Below, one piece after another: positions 42,848 to 47,417 of a stretch of 47,417 bases of DNA. How positions within the stretch are numbered: the stretch's first letter is position 1; the number at the start of each line of letters is the position of its first letter. Both the position numbers and the translations under genes were made by a program. The stretch is taken from the NCBI GenBank assembly GCA_003696505.1, contig RFHC01000063.1:1-47417 (forward strand), read 5' to 3'. The stretch comes from Deltaproteobacteria bacterium. Lineage in GTDB: Bacteria > Desulfobacterota > Deferrimicrobia > J040. The notes under the pieces were generated by a model. That model saw only the letters and a program-made list of their open reading frames with translations, ran no database searches and was not told where the DNA came from.

Positions 42848-44875
42848 TCACTGCAATCTGACAGCCACTCCCATCGTCGAGTCCGTGGACCCCGGGTAAC
42901 AATTTCCTGAACCGCCGCTGCAGGAAGAATCGGAATTCTGAGGAATATCGTCCGTGTCTATCGGGGTCCACACCAAACCGACATCACCCGTCTCATCGAT
43001 AGCGATTCTGGCCACGTAGGCGCCGTCGGCTGGCGAGTAGATTTTATACACGGGAATCGCGATGCCCCCGGAGCAGGTCGCATCGCTCAGGGGAAGATCT
43101 TCTCCGTAACACTCCGTAACGAGCTCAATCGTTCCGTTCCCTGTATCAAAATCGACCAGACCGGAAAACGAATCTTTATGTATGAAAGACCACGAGACAT
43201 CACACGTCGCAGACCCGCAGGACGTGATGGTCACATCACCGTAGGTCACTCCGAAATCGAGGGTCTCGTTCCCGTTTCCCCAGGTCCCGTCGGTATCAGA
43301 AACCTCTGTGTTGACGAGAGAGAGGAACCATCTCCCCTCGATATCCCCGAGGGAGGGATTCTCATCGACGTTGAGAATGAAACCGGTTACCACATTGTGG
43401 TTCCCGGAGTTATCGGGGTCCTTCTCCGTTTTCTGACCCCCCGTGATACCGTTCCCCCGGGAGTTGAGGGCTCCGAAGAACGAGGGGTCAGTGGCCACGT
43501 CAAGGAGACCATCATTCTGGACCGTGACGAAATTGCCGACCGGCGTGCTGTCGCTGGATACGTGCTCGAAGGAGCCATATGTACTCCAGTTCTGGAGCAC
43601 GGAATTGATGTAAACCGGGGAGAAATCGGTAACAGAGCGCCACTCCACCGTGCTCGGGGTCTGGCCCTGAGCGTCAGCGTCGATAACCAGCAGACTGCTT
43701 CCCTGCAGAGTCACTCCTGCCGACGGATACGGGTTCGGCTGCGTCTCGTCATACCGAAGGCCAAAGTGGGGAGAAGCTACGAGGTACTTTCCGGTAAAGG
43801 GGGGTGCAGTCGAAGGTTTTTTCACCGCGTAAATCACGTCGTTCTCCCTCATGTCGGAGACGTGGGCTCCCACAAAGGTGGAACAGTCAGACGAAACGGC
43901 ACCCTCCAGGAATCCACCGCCCGTAAAGAAGAGGAAGACCCTGTTTCCCGATTGAACGTATGTCCCCGTCATGGGTCCCTGCGCCGAAGGGTTCACCGGG
44001 TCAACGACGCCCTCGTCGATCGCATCTGTCGTGTCCCAGCTGTCCAGGTTGTGCCTGTGCTCAGCCATTCCTCCCTGGTCGAAAGTTTTCGTCTGGTCCA
44101 CTGAGATTCCGCCGTTTCCGTCGAACGTTGCCACTCCCCATCCCGATATTGCCATCGAATTCCGGAACATGTCGTCAAGTGTCGGGTTCTGGATGAGATT
44201 TCCGGTATCGTCATAGGGGTCTGAACTCAAATTGAAGTGGACGAACCAGTATTCTCCCGAAAGGGTACAGGCACCAGGTTCTTCCACATAATCGACGAGA
44301 CTGACTGTAGGAGGGAGGAGTTCTGCGCTGTTATTGACGCACCTCAGGGTGTCAGCCGTGTTGAAAATCATCTTCACGACCGTGTTGGCATTCGCTTCCA
44401 CGACCACGGGGGACTGAAGGAGAAAAGGAGACGACGACGAACCGTCATTCGTCCACCCCGTTCCCCCGCCATCGTCGGCAGTGGCGAAATAGATTTCCAC
44501 CTGGGCGTCAGGTGGGAGCGAATCGTCGACGAGCAGGGTCTGTGTGACGGGAGAACCGGATCCGCACGGGTCTGGCCCGGAGTAAGAAAACTGATTTTTC
44601 ATGACGAGCTTCAACCTCCTGTAGGTCCCGGCCGGCACCTGTCCCTGGCCGAAAACATCTCCCGGGTTTGCCACCAGGTCGGAAAGAATTCCCCCGGAGT
44701 CACTGAATATCTCTACGGGCATGCCCGAGGAATCCGTCATGAGCGCCGCAGAGTATATCGTCACTTCCAGTCCCGTGGGGTCTTCCGCTTCCAGGTGTGG
44801 GGAGTTCATTACGCCGGCAAAAAGCACCAGGAGGGCAACGGCGAGTCCTGTCAGTATGAGATTTCGTCTTTCCAT
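42848..44875 (-). CDS. Large secreted acidic Gly/Ser/Thr/Asp/Asn-rich protein of unknown function (N-terminal region DUF4382-like, tentative)
   Basis: The start is at the ATG at 44875 (MERRNLILTGLAVALLVLFAGV signal peptide) after GAGGGGGGG. There are no TM helices downstream. Paired Cys residues occur near the C-terminus (TSCGSATC, TECYG...ATCSG, SSCSGGSGNC). The segment LEVTIYSA...DLV...VPAGTYRRLKLVM recalls DUF4382. Confidence 0.75.
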   Translation of the reverse strand: MERRNLILTGLAVALLVLFAGVMNSPHLEAEDPTGLEVTIYSAALMTDSSGMPVEIFSDSGGILSDLVANPGDVFGQGQVPAGTYRRLKLVMKNQFSYSGPDPCGSGSPVTQTLLVDDSLPPDAQVEIYFATADDGGGTGWTNDGSSSSPFLLQSPVVVEANANTVVKMIFNTADTLRCVNNSAELLPPTVSLVDYVEEPGACTLSGEYWFVHFNLSSDPYDDTGNLIQNPTLDDMFRNSMAISGWGVATFDGNGGISVDQTKTFDQGGMAEHRHNLDSWDTTDAIDEGVVDPVNPSAQGPMTGTYVQSGNRVFLFFTGGGFLEGAVSSDCSTFVGAHVSDMRENDVIYAVKKPSTAPPFTGKYLVASPHFGLRYDETQPNPYPSAGVTLQGSSLLVIDADAQGQTPSTVEWRSVTDFSPVYINSVLQNWSTYGSFEHVSSDSTPVGNFVTVQNDGLLDVATDPSFFGALNSRGNGITGGQKTEKDPDNSGNHNVVTGFILNVDENPSLGDIEGRWFLSLVNTEVSDTDGTWGNGNETLDFGVTYGDVTITSCGSATCDVSWSFIHKDSFSGLVDFDTGNGTIELVTECYGEDLPLSDATCSGGIAIPVYKIYSPADGAYVARIAIDETGDVGLVWTPIDTDDIPQNSDSSCSGGSGNCYPGSTDSTMGVAVRLQ

Positions 44876-44886
44876 GATTCCCCCCC

Positions 44887-45030
44887 TCACTGGTTTGTCC
44901 CACCGGAGACGGTGACCGTCCCCTGTGATTGACCATTACCTCCTCCCCCTCCTCCGCAGGAGACGGCGAAGAGAAAAGCAGACAAAAGGAGAGCTACCGC
45001 GATTGCTCTTTTCCCGCTAAATCCTTTCAT
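44887..45030 (-). CDS. 47-aa signal peptide/lipoprotein-like stub
   Basis: Below the ORF-track size cutoff. The ATG at 45030 follows AAAGGAGGAAGGA directly. The protein is MKGFSGKRAIAVALLLSAFLFAVSCGGGGGGNGQSQGTVTVSGGTNQ. It has a hydrophobic core, an AVSC lipobox-like site and then a Gly linker. The TGA at 44887..44889 lies 11 nt before the next gene's ATG. Confidence 0.4.
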   Translation of the reverse strand: MKGFSGKRAIAVALLLSAFLFAVSCGGGGGGNGQSQGTVTVSGGTNQ

Positions 45031-45447
45031 TCCTTCCTCCTTTCTCGATTTTTGCCGGGAGACGAGTCAGAGAGACGAGCGACCGGGCTTTTTGATAATC
45101 CCGTATAGTTAAAATGGGACACATGGATAAACTATTAAACATATTTTCGTCGTATTCAAGAAAAAACTTCATCAAATGGGAGATTTCTTTTTTTTAAAGC
45201 TGATTATTTGGAAGGGAAGAAATTGACGCGTCGAGTAAGCCGCGCAGTCACCGGCCTATCAACCCCCTCCCTGCATTCCGCACTGCCTCGCATTTCCCGG
45301 AACTCTCCCGTTCGCGAAAAACCGACCCGCCTCTGTCCGCCCCTTTTTCGCTTTACGTCACGATAGCGAAGAATACCTGGAGGACCTGCGCGCTCGGAGA
45401 TTCGGTGGCTCAGTTGCTCCGTGATTCCGGGGGACAGGGGTTGCCCA

Positions 45448-47417
45448 TCAGGAATTTTCCTTCCCCATCGCCTCCCTGACGGCCTTCGAAAGCTGGGAAA
45501 GGGTGAACGGTTTCGAGAGGAACTTCACCCCCTCGGGGAGAAGCCCCCGGGAGGCCACGTAATCGTCCGTGTACCCTGAGATATAAAGGACTTTGAGGGA
45601 GCTTACGAGTTTCTTTGCCCGCTCCGCCAGATGATACCCCCTCATGCCGGGGAGGATGAAATCTGTGATGAGAAGGTCCACGTCCTTTTTCCCCTCGAGA
45701 ATCTTCAACGCCTCCTCGCCCGACGAGGCCGTCTCCACCGTGTATCCCAGGGTAACCAACAGGTCCCTCGTCAGAAGCCGAATCTCCTCGTTGTCCTCGA
45801 CGAGGAGGATTGTCCCCTCCCCCTTTTCCAGGAGAGGGGAATCCCCCTCTTTCCCCCCGCTCACCTCATCGCCCTCTCTCACGAGGGGGAGGTAGATGCG
45901 GAATGTCGTCCCCTCTCCCGGTTCGCTGTAAACCCAGATAAAGCCGTTGTTCTGCTTTACGATTCCGTAGACGGTGGAAAGCCCGAGACCGGTCCCTTTC
46001 CCCTTCGGTTTCGTCGTGAAGAAGGGGTCGAAAATCTTTCCCTGAATCTCTTTCGGGATGCCCACACCCGTATCGGTCACGGAGATGACGGCGTAATCTC
46101 CTTCGGGCATGAGGGTCCTCTTCCCCCTCGACTGCTTGTCAACGAAGCGGGTTTCCGTCTCTATGAAAATCGTTCCCCCCTCGGGCATGGCGTCCCTGGC
46201 GTTGACGACGAGATTGACGAAGACCTGCTCCAGCTGAGCCGGGTCCATTTTCACAGGGATGGGTTCCCCGTACAGAGAAACGGAAAAGGAGATGTCCTCC
46301 CCGATGAGTCTCCTGAGCATCCCTTCCATCTCCTGTATCGTCTCGTTCACGTCGATGACGCGGGGACGGGCAACCTGCCGGCGGGAAAAAGCGAGAATCT
46401 GGCTGATGAGGCGGGCCGCTTTTTCCGATACAGAAAGAATCCCCTCAACGTTTTTCATGATTTTCTCAGAATTCCGGCACTCCCGGGGGCAGATCATCTT
46501 CAACAACTCACCGTACCCCGTCACTGCCGAGAGGTAGTTGTTCATGTCGTGGGCAATCCCTCCAGCCAGCTTGCCGATTGCGTCCATTTTCTGGGCCTGG
46601 AGAAACTGCCGTTCCAGCTCCCTCTCCCGCGTCAGGTCGATGAGCGTCCCGATTATCGCCGGCCTCCCCCTCACGTCGCACCGGTTCCCCATAACGCGGA
46701 CGGGGAAAGCGGTTCCGTCCTTCTTCACGCAGGTGAACTCGTACTCGATGGACCGAACCTCACCCCTCAGTCTCTTCGCGATGTTCTCCCTCACCAGGTC
46801 CCTGTCGTCGGGATGGGTAAGGTCCAGCGGGCCGAGTCTCCCCACGATTTCGTCGAAATCGTACCCGAATATTTCGCAGAAGCGTCGGTTGACGAAGCGG
46901 AACAACCCGTCCTCGATCAGGTAAACGCCGACGAGCGACTCTTCCACGAGGCTCCGGTAGCGCTCCTCCGACTCCCTCAGGGCCTCTTCCCGTGCTCGAA
47001 CCTGCTTTTCCAGATGTATTATCTCCGTGATATCCGTGAGGACACCATCAACGTGAAGGAAGCGTCCCCCACCGTCAAGGGTCACTTTCCTCCTATCCTC
47101 GACCCACCGGATAGAACCGTCCCGGTGAGTAATCCGGTAGCGAATTGCAACGAGTTCCTTTTTCTTCGCCACTGCCTCCCGGTTGGCATCCCGGATTTTT
47201 CCCCTGTCCCCTGGATGGACGATGCATGTCCACCGGACCTTCCCCTCGAGGAAGTCGCGCGAATCGTAACCGGTCAACACCCTGTTGTTCTCACCGACGA
47301 AGCGGATGGACCAGTCCCTGTACCCCCGGTATATGACGACGGGCAGATTTCTCAGGACAGAGGAGAGGATGCCCCCCTCGTCAGGCGCTGCGCTCTCTCC
47401 TGACGGTAGGTTTTCCC
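45448..47417 (-). CDS. Hybrid sensor histidine kinase (PAS repeats, HisKA, HATPase, receiver). The N-terminus lies beyond the window edge.
   Basis: The frame stays open upstream of the track's first Met to the window end (...[35 protein letters not shown]). There are at least two PAS domains, an H-box ([14 protein letters not shown]), N/G boxes ([23 protein letters not shown]) and a C-terminal receiver ([11 protein letters not shown]...[12 protein letters not shown]). Confidence 0.85.
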   Translation of the reverse strand, partial: ENLPSGESAAPDEGGILSSVLRNLPVVIYRGYRDWSIRFVGENNRVLTGYDSRDFLEGKVRWTCIVHPGDRGKIRDANREAVAKKKELVAIRYRITHRDGSIRWVEDRRKVTLDGGGRFLHVDGVLTDITEIIHLEKQVRAREEALRESEERYRSLVEESLVGVYLIEDGLFRFVNRRFCEIFGYDFDEIVGRLGPLDLTHPDDRDLVRENIAKRLRGEVRSIEYEFTCVKKDGTAFPVRVMGNRCDVRGRPAIIGTLIDLTRERELERQFLQAQKMDAIGKLAGGIAHDMNNYLSAVTGYGELLKMICPRECRNSEKIMKNVEGILSVSEKAARLISQILAFSRRQVARPRVIDVNETIQEMEGMLRRLIGEDISFSVSLYGEPIPVKMDPAQLEQVFVNLVVNARDAMPEGGTIFIETETRFVDKQSRGKRTLMPEGDYAVISVTDTGVGIPKEIQGKIFDPFFTTKPKGKGTGLGLSTVYGIVKQNNGFIWVYSEPGEGTTFRIYLPLVREGDEVSGGKEGDSPLLEKGEGTILLVEDNEEIRLLTRDLLVTLGYTVETASSGEEALKILEGKKDVDLLITDFILPGMRGYHLAERAKKLVSSLKVLYISGYTDDYVASRGLLPEGVKFLSKPFTLSQLSKAVREAMGKENS

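Noticed and set aside
45114-45197. 27-codon plus-strand ORF (MGHMDKLLNIFSSYSRKNFIKWEISFF) in the AT-rich gap.
   Set aside because: It has no RBS and ends in a poly-T/A tract. It is most simply explained as promoter/terminator DNA between the kinase and the lipoprotein stub.
42663-45447. Idea that tRNA-Pro marks the integration site of a genomic island carrying the secreted protein.
   Set aside because: There is no integrase, recombinase or mobility gene. I could find no direct repeat of the tRNA 3-prime end downstream. Only the unusual amino-acid composition remains, and it is reported as a finding.
1-47417. Scan for CRISPR arrays, tandem repeats, IS elements, prophage or defence genes.
   Set aside because: I saw no regularly spaced direct repeats, no transposase, integrase or phage-like ORFs, and no recognisable defence-system domains on either strand.

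Overview
GC-rich window (judged by eye, not computed) from a bacterial chromosome. The proteins are rich in Glu, Lys and Arg, which looks thermophile-like. I support about 48 protein genes and 2 tRNAs (Ser-CGA, Pro-UGG). I saw no rRNA, CRISPR array, transposase or integrase.

Layout:
- 1-9.7 kb: housekeeping genes. These are an M16 peptidase, an M29 aminopeptidase, DUF2889, nfo, a frameshifted phosphoesterase, a tiny diheme cytochrome, a class II aldolase, priA, a NUDIX hydrolase and a B12-radical SAM protein.
- 9.7-21.7 kb: one minus-strand operon of about 12 kb. It encodes an acyl-CoA dehydrogenase, a Liv-type ABC importer, an embedded sigma-54 activator, thiolase, two 3-hydroxyacyl-CoA dehydrogenases, crotonase and a glutaryl-CoA-dehydrogenase-like enzyme. 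A good -24/-12 promoter and upstream inverted repeats precede it.
- 21.9-26.8 kb: a gcvH, Rieske, split cytochrome b, 9-heme, 11-heme operon.
- 26.9-38.4 kb: a Fur-family regulator, tRNA-Ser, mutS2, a TatD-radical SAM fusion, metG, ricT, holB, tmk, class II RNR with an NrdR box, and an SdhE-like gene.
- 38.6-42.6 kb: a second cytochrome operon (9-heme, FdnI/HydC-like cytochrome b, 16-heme) joined by ATGA overlaps.
- 42.6-47.4 kb: tRNA-Pro, an acidic 675-aa secreted protein plus a lipoprotein stub, and a hybrid histidine kinase that runs off the window.

The most interesting content is the pair of modular, partly paralogous multiheme respiratory loci. Five proteins carry 47 canonical CxxCH motifs, and each locus combines a different quinone-reactive b-type module with similar c-type cytochromes. 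All family assignments come from motif and pattern recognition on the translated ORFs. No database search was run.
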